From Octopus sinensis (taxonomy: Eukaryota), in NCBI RefSeq assembly GCF_006345805.1, contig NC_043019.1:32673360-32737359 (forward strand): a stretch of DNA of 64,000 nucleotides, read 5' to 3'. The notes beneath the pieces are model-generated. The model was given only the letters and a program-made list of their open reading frames with translations, ran no database searches and was not told the origin of the DNA. The translations under genes were made by a program, and so were the position numbers. Positions 1-11,070 of the stretch are shown in pieces; the first letter of the stretch is position 1, and the number at the start of each line of letters is the position of its first letter.

Positions 1-20
1 GCATTGAAGAGTGCAATGAG
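1..20 (+). CDS. RGS22: Probable 3' end of an upstream exon of the RGS22-like gene (ALKSAM-R), window-truncated
   Basis: Frame 1 is open (gca ttg aag agt gca atg ag) and ends at AG|GCAAGT, a consensus GC donor in phase 2, matching the phase-2 acceptor at 7059 (AG+G=Arg). The alternative GT donor at 25 gives no open frame of matching phase. Confidence 0.45.
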
Positions 21-177
21 GCAAGTAAGACACTTTGGTCATCCACTGCATCCCCAATTGTCTTGACTGATCTTTTTTCTGGACTGGAGACAGTCACAGT
101 GAAGAGAGAGAGTGATCGTCTTCTGTTTAAAAAAAGTTACCACACAAGTCATCAGTCATTCTTAAGAATGACTAGAT

Positions 178-767
178 CAGTGGTTCTCAACCAGAGACCA
201 TATGTCTTTGAGGGTCCATATAAAATTTTGGGGGGGTCTACCCATCTAAATAAGTAAATTAGGGATCCACAATAGTATTTTAAGGGCACCTGAAAATATT
301 TTACTTTACATTTATAGGCACAGGAGTGGCTGTGTGGTAAGTAGCTGCTTACCAACCACATGGTTCTGGGTTCAGTCCCACTGCATGGCACCTTGGGCAA
401 GTGTCTTCTACTATAGCCTCGGACCGACCAAAGCCTTGTGAGTGGATTTGGTAGATGGAAACTGAAAGAACCCCTTCGTATATATATATATAGATATATA
501 TATGTATGTATGTCTGTGTATATGTTTGTGTGTCTGTGTTTGTACCCCCCAACATTGCTTGACAACTGATGCTGGTGTGTTTACGTCCCCGTAACTTAGC
601 AGTTCGGCAAAAGAGACCGATAGAATAAGTACTAGGCTTACAAAGAATAAGTCCTGGGGTCGATTTGCTCGACTAAAGGCAGTGCTACAGCATGGCCACA
701 GTCAAATGACTGAAACAAGTAAAAGAGTAAAAGGGATCCATAGATAAAGGATGGTGCAAAACCCCTG
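178..767. mobile_element. hAT-type MITE remnant interrupted by a SINE
   Basis: Begins CAGTGGTTCTCAACC, a Charlie-like end; related copies at about 45420-45715 and 56241-56490. Confidence 0.5.
316..733 (+). mobile_element. tRNA-derived SINE family A, full length
   Basis: A box (TGGCTGTGTGG) and B box (GGTTCAGTCC), CORE-like CACCTTGGGCAAG, internal (TA/TG)n, AGTAAAAG tail; more than 10 copies in the window. Confidence 0.9.
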
Positions 768-869
768 GATGTGAAGGTCCTTGTCACTCAGATCAATGAT
801 CATGTGGTGCACACCATGTCTTCCTTTCCTGTTTTTACATTAAATTTTGATATAAATGAAAGGGTTTTG

Positions 870-1370
870 TGGAAAATTTCATTGAAACATACACATGTTT
901 CGGAAAGTCTATGAGGAAACAAAATTCAACTCGTGAATTATCCAAAATTCCTCTCACCACTCTCAAAATATTTTTCACAACAAATTCCAATATACTCATA
1001 ATCTACACCATTTGAAAGGTATGTAGAAAAATTCGTTAAATTTCCTGAAAGTTATGAGGAAACAAAGTCAACTCGTATGAATTATCTGAAACTCCTCTTA
1101 CCACTCCCCGAAATATTTTTTCAAAACAAATTCCAATATAATCAGAATGTTGAAAGGTATTTGTAGAAGAATTCATTAAAAAATATTAATTTTCTGACAG
1201 TTATGAGGAAACAAAGTCAACTCATATGAATTATCTGAAACTCCTCTTACCACTCCCCAAAATATTTTTTCAAAACAAATTCCAATATAATCAGAATATT
1301 GAAGGGTATTTGTAGAAAAATTCATTAAAATATATCAATTTTCTGAAAGTTATGAGGAAACAAAATCATA
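870..1370. repeat. Degenerate tandem repeat, about 150-bp unit, about 3 copies
   Basis: TATGAGGAAACAAA recurs at about 910, 1053, 1202 and 1351. Confidence 0.8.
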
Positions 1371-1728
1371 GAAGGCACACTTGTGTAGATATGCCAAAAT
1401 TTATATCATGAGGTGAACATTATGTCGATAGTTAAAGATTTCCATTAAGTCAAACATTAATTCACAATATTACTCAGTAAAGAAAAATACTAGACTTGTT
1501 ATTTTTATTCGAAAGTACTAGCTTATTTTTACTTCAGCCAATGTTTACATCTTTTGTAAATATGTATATTTTTAACTGGCACTTTGTCAGTTATGGGGGT
1601 TCCAGCCAATCTGATCAATGAAACAGCTTACTTGTAAAATAATCATTCAAGGAGCTGAACGCTCCACAGACATGTGTAACCTTAACGTACTTCTCAAGGG
1701 GGTTCAGCGTGAAATACTCCTATCACAG

Positions 1729-2380
1729 GCGGTGAGCTGGCAGCAACGTTAGCATGCCAGGCGAAATGCTTAGCGGTATTTCGTGGAGGCGCGTAGCTTA
1801 GTGGTTAGGGTGTCAGCATCATGATTGTAAGATTGTGGTTTCGATTCCTAGACTGGGCAACTCGTTGTTTTCTTGAACAAAACACTTCATTTCACGTTGC
1901 TCCAGTACACACAGCTGGCAAAAATGAGTAACGCTGCGATGGACTGGCGTCCCGTCCAGCTAGGAAGGCGGTGAGCTGGCAGAAACACTAGCATGCCGGG
2001 CGAAATGTGTAGCCGTATTTCATCTGTCTTACGTTCTGAGTTCAAATTCTGCCAAGGTCGACTTGCCTTTCATCCTTTCGGGGTCAATAAATTAAGTACC
2101 AGTTACGCACTGGGGTCGGTGTAATCGGCTTAGTACCTTTGTTTGTTCTTGTTTGTCCTTTCTATGTTTAGTCCCTTGTGGGTAGTAAAGAAATAGGTAT
2201 TTCGCCTGCCTCTATGTTCTGAGTTCAAATTCCACCGAGGTCGACTTTGCCTTTCATCCTTTCGGGGTCGATAAATTAAGTATCAGATACGCACTGGGGT
2301 CGATGTAATCGACTTAATCCCTTTGTCTGTTCTTCTTTGTCCTTTCTATGTTTAGCCCCTTGTGGGCAATAAAGAAATAT
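1729..2380 (+). mobile_element. SINE family B (head plus dimer) with a nested tRNA-SINE at about 1784-1963
   Basis: GGCGGTGAGCTGGCAG head, GAGTTCAAATTC B box, and a conserved core GCCTTTCATCCTTTCGGGGTCGATAAATTAAGTACC resembling Meta/MESC/Nin-type SINE cores. Confidence 0.85.
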
Positions 2381-2531
2381 GAATGTGACAAGCTGTCCCT
2401 TTGAATTGCAAGTATAACTTGTTTTTGCAACATGAAATAAAGTGTCTTGCTCAGGAACACAATGTGTCACCAGGAAAATCCTAACCACCAGGACATACAC
2501 CTTCACAATGAAATAATGATTAAAAACTATA

Positions 2532-2700
2532 GGCGCATGAGTGGCTGTGTGGTAAGTAGCTTGCTTACCAACCACATGGTTCCGGGTTCAGTCCCACTGT
2601 GTGACAGCTTTGGCATGTGTCTTCTACTATAGCCTCAGGACGACCAAAGCCTTGTGAGTGGATTTGGTAGACAGAAACTGGATGAAGCCCATCGTATTTG

Positions 2701-2758
<58 letters not shown>

Positions 2759-2868
2759 TATATGTTTGTGTGTCTGTGTTTGTCCCCCCAACATCACTTG
2801 ACAACTGATGCTGGTGTGTTTACGTCCCCGAAACTTAGCGGTTCGGCAAAAGAGACCGATAGAATATG
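2532..2868 (+). mobile_element. SINE family A, 3'-truncated
   Basis: High similarity to 316-733. Confidence 0.9.
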
Positions 2869-3077
2869 GGTTACTCAACCAGAAGAAAATTCTAACTGGG
2901 CTCCACCTGCAAGGTCATGCACTGTTTATCTTGATATGAGATCACCATGTCGCGCACATATGGTTGTGATGCATGTGCCTGGTGTACCTTTATCAGACGG
3001 GTAGTCATGACGGGTATACTGGGCTTCGTATATTTTACCCCAGTGTCACTTTGATGGCATGCACTGCTCTCTCACTC

Positions 3078-3080
<3 letters not shown>
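2868..3080 (+). mobile_element. 3' part of dispersed repeat family E with (AAT)n tail
   Basis: Near-identical to about 49826-50040; both copies end CTCTCTCACTC(AAT)n. Confidence 0.85.
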
Positions 3081-3152
<72 letters not shown>

Positions 3153-3153
3153 G

Positions 3154-3190
<37 letters not shown>

Positions 3191-3222
3191 TAATAATAAT
3201 AATGATAATAATGATAATAATG

Positions 3223-3259
<37 letters not shown>

Positions 3260-3315
3260 TAATAATAATAATGATAATAATGATAATAATAATAATGATA
3301 ATAATGATAATAATG

Positions 3316-3349
<34 letters not shown>

Positions 3350-3405
3350 TAATAATAATAATGATAATAATGATATAATAATAATAATAAATAATGATAA
3401 TAATG

Positions 3406-3438
<33 letters not shown>

Positions 3439-3500
3439 TGATAATAATGATAATAATGATAATAATAATAATAATAAAGATAATAATAATGATAATAATA

Positions 3501-3557
<57 letters not shown>

Positions 3558-3620
3558 TGATAATGATAATAATAATAATAATGATAATAATAATAATAAT
3601 AATAAATAATAATAATAATG

Positions 3621-3673
<53 letters not shown>

Positions 3674-3737
3674 AATAATAATAATGATAATAATGATAAT
3701 AATGATAATAATAATAATAATAAAGATAATAATAATG

Positions 3738-3777
<40 letters not shown>

Positions 3778-3851
3778 TAATAATAATAACAATAATAATA
3801 ACAACAACAACAACAACAACAACAATAATAATAATGATAATAATAATAATA
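3079..3851. repeat. Long compound (AAT/GAT/AAC)n microsatellite
   Basis: Seen directly; source of the poly-N and poly-I ORFs. Confidence 0.97.
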
Positions 3852-3941
3852 TTTTTATAAGCTTAAAGCTTATGAAACTAATAACAGCACATAAAAACAT
3901 ATATTGTGTTTATTATATAATACATACTCACACACACACAA

Positions 3942-3972
<31 letters not shown>

Positions 3973-4499
3973 AACACACACACACTCGGATATGCATTCA
4001 TATATAATATATATATATAATTCTTTTTTGGGGGAATAATGGTTCTAAAGCACATCACATACAACTATAACATTGAACTTCAATTACATCTAATAATAGT
4101 CATTTTCTGATACATTTATATGTCACATCCAGAAGCTATCTCTCTTGCTCATTTTTTGAGCATGTGATGCAAAATTCCATCACTTTTTTAAAGAAGGCAA
4201 CATGCACACATGAATGAGCTATCACATGGCATCTGAATAATCCATAAATGTGAAATTGTGCGGGGAGTCATGGCATAAATAATTTATCATACCACTTAGC
4301 ATATAAATATCAGCTCTTCGACGTTATTGACATCTACCAGTGCTTTTGCCTATGTTATCTCACGCAGATAGATACATGCATATATGTATATTGTATTAAA
4401 TATGTGTGAGAGAGAGAGAGAGAGAGAGAGCGCATGCATGCACACGTGTGTGTGAGTGTGTGTGTGTGTGTGTGTGTATAAACTATGAATTTAGAGAAA

Positions 4500-4615
4500 A
4501 GAAAAGATGAAGGAGGGTGAGGGAACAACAAGCAGGTGTATTAGTCTGATGCTTGGAAAGAATAGAAAAGGTTTTGACATTTCAAGCCTATGCTCTTCGA
4601 CAGGAAAGGTTGAGA
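4500..4615 (-). ncRNA. Hammerhead-ribozyme-like motif (variant core CTGTCGA) in a dispersed repeat
   Basis: Minus strand reads ctttc CTGTCGA A GAGC atag GCTT GAAA TGTC aaaa; same family as 10036-10078 and 23004-23040. Confidence 0.5.
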
Positions 4616-4962
4616 GGGGAAAAATTAAGAGAGAATAAAAAGGGTGGAGAAAAATAATGTATGTTAAATCAAAGAATGTATATATGTATTGTAATCTTTT
4701 GTGCCTAATATTTTAATGAATTTTGAAGTTTTTAATATTTTCCCAAGATTTTTCCTTGTAAACTGTTTTTAACATGTTCTTATTATTATCAAAGAATGTA
4801 TATATGTATTGTAATATTTTGTGACAACCAGTACCTAACACAACAAAGCTTTTACATGTTACTTTTGACAATCTTTTTCTAAAAAAGTGAAACCGGTCAA
4901 GTGAATAAACATCTTTTAAAATTGCATTTTCAAACCTTCTTTCATATATATATATATATATA

Positions 4963-5170
4963 TCAAAATAAGTGACAAGGATATTCAGAGGTAATGCCGT
5001 ATGATCGTTTCATGTGACTCCATTTAATTGAACGATCGTACTGCATTACCTCTGGATATCCTTGTTGCTTATTTTGATTTTAATCACCTTATTTTGAAAT
5101 TGTATGGATAATATCGTACTAAATTCTGGTGCCTCTACTTAGATACCATATTCATCTGAATCTAAATTTC
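4963..5170. mobile_element. Fold-back (Penelope-like terminus plus inverted copy) in a (TA)n tract
   Basis: Inverted arms 4963-5009 and 5031-5077 carrying a GAAAC-GATC-GTA half-hammerhead; related fragment at about 58745-58795. Confidence 0.55.
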
Positions 5171-5344
5171 ATATGTATATATATACTAGCATTAAAGACC
5201 CATCGTTTCTGGGTCATAGTGCTAGTGCATGTATATATGTGTATATATATGTGTACATATTATATGTACATCTATATATATATACATCTACACATAAAAT
5301 ACAAAATACAAAGTTATATCTTGATATCGCTAGTGATAACAATA

Positions 5345-5775
5345 CTCAAAATATATAACAGACTGGAAATGTTAGCCCATCTCTTGCAATTTCGATCAAT
5401 TGTATCTTGTCCTCCCTCTTGTATAGAAGTGTGGCTACAATCCAGCCTACCTCTACTTCTGGGGGGATGGGGTATTTTAAATTTTTTTCCAGGACGTCCT
5501 AGGTCCTAGATATAAAGGTAAAAATAAAATATTTCCACTTTGCAAGTTCGAGTCGAGTACTCCCTTGCATGCTCCGTTGACTCGAACCTTGCTTCTATTG
5601 TGGCGAATTTACCACCTCTGGTTAGATATCTTTCATAGTCACATCCAGACACTTTTCGAAGGTGCTTTCCTCCATGTGTTCAAATATTCTTTTTTCTCTA
5701 CATTGTATACGTTATAGACAATAGTCTTTTCTTTAATTTGATTTTTTATTATCCATCTGGACTATTCCATTTCTG
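5345..5775 (-). pseudogene. Degraded LINE ORF1-like fragment
   Basis: Frameshifted minus-strand peptides KEKTIVYNVY..., GKFATIEARF... and PPEVEVGWIVA look like a retroelement ORF1; family assignment tentative. Confidence 0.35.
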
Positions 5776-5999
5776 CACGCTAATTTTATTTTTAATTTAT
5801 TCCCATTCATGTGAAACCACATATTCAAGTTCAAGTCATTGATGCAATTTTATACCAATTGCTATTTTTACTTTTGTTATGTTACGATTATATTATACTT
5901 TAGTTTGATTTTAATTATTACTTACTACATATAATTCAATTGTTATTATTTTTATTGTTAAAGTGAAAGTATCTGACATAAAATAGAGAAATGTTTTTG

Positions 6000-6232
6000 T
6001 TTCACTTTTAACACGTAATACTGAAATAGTGGAGAAGATATGATATTGCTATGGGCTCGCTCTAGGCAAGAAGTTGAACATTTTTTTGCCCATGAAACTA
6101 CATGGACCCTAAAATTTGAAATAAATTGGTTGTGTAGTTCTCAAGTTTTAGGGAAACACACAGACAGACAGACAGACAGACAGACAGGCAGACACACACA
6201 CACACATTCTCAGTTTTATATATATAAAGATA
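6000..6232 (+). mobile_element. Helitron/Helentron-like non-autonomous element, 3' part
   Basis: (CAGA)n microsatellite followed by TTTTATATATATAAAGAT, the same end architecture as 60203-60580. Confidence 0.45.
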
Positions 6233-6479
6233 TATAATAATAATATTAGGGAGTATAACTCCAAACTTACAAGGAAAAATTCAATTTAGTATTAAATCAA
6301 ATTTCACGATATAAATATATAATATATAAATTATAGAAAAAACCCACTATTATGTAATTCAAGCAATGATAGACACAAACCAAATCATAAATAAAAAATA
6401 AAATATATCTTTATAAAACATATAACTAGATCACAAAAAGTACAAAAATGAATAATCAATATATAATAAGTAAAAAAAA

Positions 6480-6537
6480 CTTATATACATATATATATAT
6501 ATATGTATAATACTTATACATATATATACATACATAC

Positions 6538-6581
<44 letters not shown>

Positions 6582-6925
6582 CAAATAAGAAAATGGAGAA
6601 ACAAATTTAGTTTGTTCAACTTATGTATATCATAATGTTGGATTATTTATTCATACATATATGTGTGTGTGTATGCATGTTTGTGTGTGTGTGTGTGTGT
6701 GTGCACGCACGCATGCACGCATGTGTGTGTGTGCATGTGCATGTATGTGTGTGTGTGCATGTGCATTTGTGTATGTGTGTACATACATACATAAGTATAT
6801 ATATATAAGTATATATATACTTATATATAAGTATATATATAAGTATATATATAAGTATATATATAAGTATATATATATGTATATATATATATAAGTATAT
6901 ATATACTTATATATATATATATAAG

Positions 6926-6960
<35 letters not shown>

Positions 6961-7007
6961 TATATGAATATATATATATATATGAATATATATATATATA
7001 TATATAT

Positions 7008-7042
<35 letters not shown>
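6480..7042. repeat. (TA)n/(TG)n compound microsatellite
   Basis: Seen directly. Confidence 0.95.
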
Positions 7043-7045
<3 letters not shown>

Positions 7046-7058
7046 CTTCTTTTTCCAG

Positions 7059-7220
7059 GCTGATTGTGAAGATCAACGAAAATTTTGCTAAAATATCGGA
7101 AAAGTCATCATTCCAAAGGAGGATTAGACGGATGTTTAAAAAATTAGACCTAAATAATTGTTCAGAAGAGGAAATCAAGGACCTGCAAGCTTTACTATTG
7201 CAGCCACTGATGTTATACTG
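7059..7220 (+). CDS. RGS22: RGS22-like exon (LIVKINENF...LQALLLQPLMLYW)
   Basis: ttttccag|G acceptor and TG|gtgact donor, 162 nt, phase 2-2. TG+G joins to the next exon giving LQPLMLYWLPHY, which resembles the RGS22 LKPLLLYWAPRF motif as recalled. Confidence 0.85.
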
Positions 7221-7257
7221 GTGACTATCTAATAACTTACCTATCTTTTTTACTCTA

Positions 7258-7823
7258 CAGGGTGTCCACAAAGTCTGGGTACATGGGGATTAACACATAC
7301 TTTAAGAAATTATTATTTCTTATATTTAATTCTTTATGTTATGATGATTTTATTTACCCCATGTACCCACATGGAGATTAACAATACTTTAAGAAATTAT
7401 TATTTCTTATATTTAATTCTTTATGTTATGATGATTTTATTTACTCCATGTACCCACATGGGGATTTAACAATACTTTAAGAAATTATTATTTCTTATAT
7501 TTAATTCTTTATGTTATGATGATTTTATTTACCCCATGTACCCACATGGAGATTAACAATACTTTAAGAAATTATTATTTCTTATATTTAATTCTTTATG
7601 TTATGATGATTTTATTTACCCCATGTACCCACATGGAGATTAACAATACTTTAAGAAATTATTATTTCTTATATTTAATTCTTTATGTTATGATGATTTT
7701 ATTTACTCCATGTACCCACATGGGGATTAACAATACTTTAAGAAATTATTATTTCTTATATTTAATTGTTTATGTTATGATGATTTTATTTACTCCATGT
7801 ACCCAGACTTTGTGGTCACCCTG
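7258..7823. mobile_element. Tc1/mariner-type MITE containing 6 internal tandem units of about 87 bp
   Basis: TA|CAGGGTGTCCACAAAGTCTGGGTACATGG...CCATGTACCCAGACTTTGTGGTCACCCTG|TA: about 29-bp TIRs and a TA TSD. Confidence 0.9.
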
Positions 7824-7825
7824 TA

Positions 7826-8236
7826 TGTCTTGTTTGTTGTATCCAGGACTCTATAAAGGAACTTGTTTGCAATATAAATGTGTCAATGCAAGAACTTGAT
7901 TTTCTTATACTGTTTTATATTTTAAAGATGAGGAATTCTGTACATTATTTACATTATTTACATTGGACAGATATGTGTTCTCATCTTGTTTGTTGTTACC
8001 ACAACATTTCGGCTGGTTTACTCTCCAGCCTTCATCAGGTGTCCTGGTGGAATTTTGAACCCAACCCTGGGTTCTCATTCCTAAGGTATTTTTTACCGGG
8101 CAGTGCCTTGAATAATTAATATTAATAATAGTAACATCAGTAAAAAATATCTTCGGAATGAGAACCCAGGGCTGGGATCAAAATTCCATCAGGGTACCTG
8201 ATGAAGGCTGGAGAATAAATCAACCGATATATTTGG
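7826..8236. mobile_element. Penelope-like terminus with inverted repeat and hammerhead-like core
   Basis: Inverted arms about 8005-8097 and 8139-8235; minus strand CTGATGA AGGCTGG-loop-CCAGCC GAAA at 8007-8038. Confidence 0.65.
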
Positions 8237-8285
8237 GGATAATTGGTTAAAAAGTTATCCAACTCCAGCTAAAATACTCCAGCTA

Positions 8286-8690
8286 AGGCAGTGAGATGGC
8301 AGAAACGTTAGCACGCCGGGTGAAATTCTAAGGGATGCTTCATCTGCCGTTACATTCTGAGTTCAAATTCTGCTGAGGTCGACTTTGCCTTTCATCCTTT
8401 CGGGGTCGATAAATTAAGTTCCAGTTACGCACTGGGGGTGATGTAATCGACTTAATCCCTTTGTCTGTCCTTGTTTGTCCCCTCTATGTTTAGTCCCTTG
8501 TGGGCAGTAAAGAAATAAGAAACACTCATTACATTGTCAGTGTGGTGGGCATTAGGAAGGGGATCCATCCACAGAAACCATACCAAATCAGAATGGAACC
8601 TGGTGTAGCTCTCCAGCTTAATAGTTCCGGTCAAACCATCTAACCCATGCCAGCATGGAAAGCAGACAGTAAAGAATGAAAATGATGATT
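8286..8690 (+). mobile_element. SINE family B followed by an RTE LINE 3'-end fragment
   Basis: Family B core, then TTAGGAAGGG...AACCCATGCCAGCATGGAAAG with a (TGA) tail. Confidence 0.8.
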
Positions 8691-9230
8691 GTATTACATA
8701 TTGTGTTACATTTTGTGTTACATATTGTTATATTTTGTGTTACATAGTGTTACATATTGTGTTACATATTGTTATATTTTGTGTTACATAATGTTACATA
8801 TTGTTATATTTTGTGTTACATTTTGTGTTATATATTGTGTTACATATTGTGTTACATATTGTTATATTTTGTGTTACATTTTGTGTTATATTTTGTGTTA
8901 CATAGTGTTACATATTGTTATATTTTGTGTTACATTTTGTGTTATATTTTGAGTTACATAGTGTTACATATTGTTATATTTTGTGTTACATTTTCTATTA
9001 TATAGTGTTACATATTGTGTTTCATTTTGTGTTACATATTGTTACATTTTGTGTTACAGTTTGTGTTATATATCGTGTTACATATTGTGTTACATTTTGT
9101 GTTACATATTGTTATATTTTGTGTTATATTTTGTATTATATAGTGTTACATATTGTTATATTTTGTGTTACATTTTGTGTTACAGTTTGTGTTATATTTT
9201 GCGTTACATATCGTGTTACATTTTGTGTTA
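8689..9230. repeat. AT-rich minisatellite (TTGTGTTACATA-like, 10-12 bp)
   Basis: Seen directly. Confidence 0.95.
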
Positions 9231-9251
9231 CCTATTATTTCCTCCATCCAG

Positions 9252-9447
9252 GCTGCCACATTATTTGTTGATCAGCTTGATGAAGTTAGAATTGTCCAAA
9301 TACCCAAGCTATGCCAGTTTACTTAACAATAAACGGAAACTGTGGTCATCAATAACTTGTGAGGAAATCCGTGAAGATATGGAAGTTACTCAGACACCCC
9401 GGATTTACATGGTAGAAACCAAAGAAAAGGAAGCGCCAGAATCAAAG
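9252..9447 (+). CDS. RGS22: RGS22-like exon (LPHYLLISLMKLE...EAPESK)
   Basis: ttcctccatccag|G acceptor and AAG|gtagga donor, open frame, phase 2-0, compatible with both neighbours. Confidence 0.8.
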
Positions 9448-9939
9448 GTAGGACAATACCTGAACGACTTTTGCATAAGAATCACGAGAATACAAAGTTG
9501 TTTGTTTTGTTTATATAACCATAGATCAGCTCCAATTAAGCAGGAATATGGTACAAAGCATTCCAACCTTGACCATCCCACATTTATTTCAGATAGTAAT
9601 TGGATTATTAGATAAATTATTGGTGCAGGAGTGGCTGTGTGGTAAGTAGCTTGCTTACCAACCACATGGTTCCGAGTTCAGTCCGGAACCATTATCAGAT
9701 AATTTATTATCTTTAAAATTCCAACATATTCTCTTACAGCTGTTTCAATTAAGCCTAAAGATTAAAATAGCAATTATTAAATCATTGTATTAGACACAAT
9801 TTCATCAGAGGGGTACAAAAAATATACCGTTAGAATATTAGGTGATGAACCAGTAATTCATTGGATGTTACTATCCCTTAATGAAGCTGTTTTAACCTCT
9901 AACTGAATGTGTGTGTGTGTGTGTATACATATATATATT

Positions 9940-9974
<35 letters not shown>

Positions 9975-10035
9975 ATATATAGCTCCTACACGCATTTTTT
10001 TCTCTCCTTGTTTCTTTCCTTGTTTTTTTCTGTGT

Positions 10036-10078
10036 ATCTTCTGTCGAAGAGAGTAGGCTCGAAACATAAAAGACTTTT
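10036..10078 (+). ncRNA. Hammerhead-ribozyme-like motif (variant core CTGTCGA) in a repeat inserted in (TA)n
   Basis: tctt CTGTCGA A GAG agtagg CTC GAAAC ATA aaaga, with stem I TCTT/AAGA and stem II GAG/CTC. Confidence 0.55.
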
Positions 10079-10169
10079 TCTATTTCTATTCCTGAGCGCC
10101 ATACTAATACATTTGTTGTTTGTACTCCACCTGCCTTCGTCTTTTGTTTATTTTCGTAAACCTTCCCGT

Positions 10170-10207
<38 letters not shown>

Positions 10208-10229
10208 ATATATAATATATATATATATG

Positions 10230-10301
<72 letters not shown>

Positions 10302-10325
10302 TAGATATAGATATTTCCTTTTCAG

Positions 10326-10534
10326 CTTTTTCCTCCAGATATTTTGCGATTACCTCCCCAAATGCAAAGAACTGGGATGCGTCGTACACATTTACTCACA
10401 TCGTTGAAAAATTGTGGAAATTATGGGAATGCTGTTTTTAACAATTTGGAGAAAACAAAGAAGGTGGTGACTGATGGAAGCAATAAAGATAAAGTCAAGG
10501 AGGGACAACCCATGCCTGAGACCAAAACCAAATC
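10326..10534 (+). CDS. RGS22: RGS22-like exon (LFPPDILRLPPQ...PETKTKS)
   Basis: ttccttttcag|CTT acceptor (phase 0) and TC|gtaagt donor (phase 2). Only this frame is open across the exon. Confidence 0.8.
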
Positions 10535-10687
10535 GTAAGTACCATTTTTTTCTCCTCTTTTTGTCATTTTGGCGCAATTGGTTGGCAAGTTTGCCATCAG
10601 TACAGAAGTTTTATGGTTTGAGTCTCACATGTAACTTTTGCCCCCTTTTCATCAAGGTGGTGCCTTGGTACGGCCACAATCCAGTGA

Positions 10688-10916
10688 TTAACCCTTTAGT
10701 GTTTAAACCGGCCAAATCTGGCCCAATATATTCTATATGTTTTATATTCAAACTGGCCATATCTAACCTCTCACACCTAACCTACAATGCCATTCTGAAA
10801 ATGAACAATCACATCACTGAAACCTCAAAGCTATAAGATAATGCATGATTAATTCAAAACAATTTGAGTGAAAAAGTATTACATTTAACAGAGTAATCTG
10901 AACACTAAAGGGTTAA
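10688..10916. mobile_element. piggyBac-type MITE
   Basis: TTAA|CCCTTTAGTGTT...AACACTAAAGGG|TTAA; partial copy at about 46620-46821. Confidence 0.85.
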
Positions 10917-11070
10917 AACAAGCCTTATAAAATGAACCTTATGTTTAGTGTTGTGGAAGGATCCTGGTCACCCCCACATGACTAAAAATGGACTAATGCA
11001 TTTTCATAAAATAAAAAACTGTCATAGTTAACAGTAAGCAGTTGATGGTACAGTTGACAGAGTACCATAA

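Noticed and set aside
2973-4039. Long poly-Asn/Ile/Leu ORFs
   Set aside because: Translations of the (AAT)n microsatellite; no splice or domain evidence.
10339-10534. Alternative acceptor at 10338/10339
   Set aside because: Phase incompatible with the upstream phase-0 donor; the acceptor at 10325/10326 keeps the frame.
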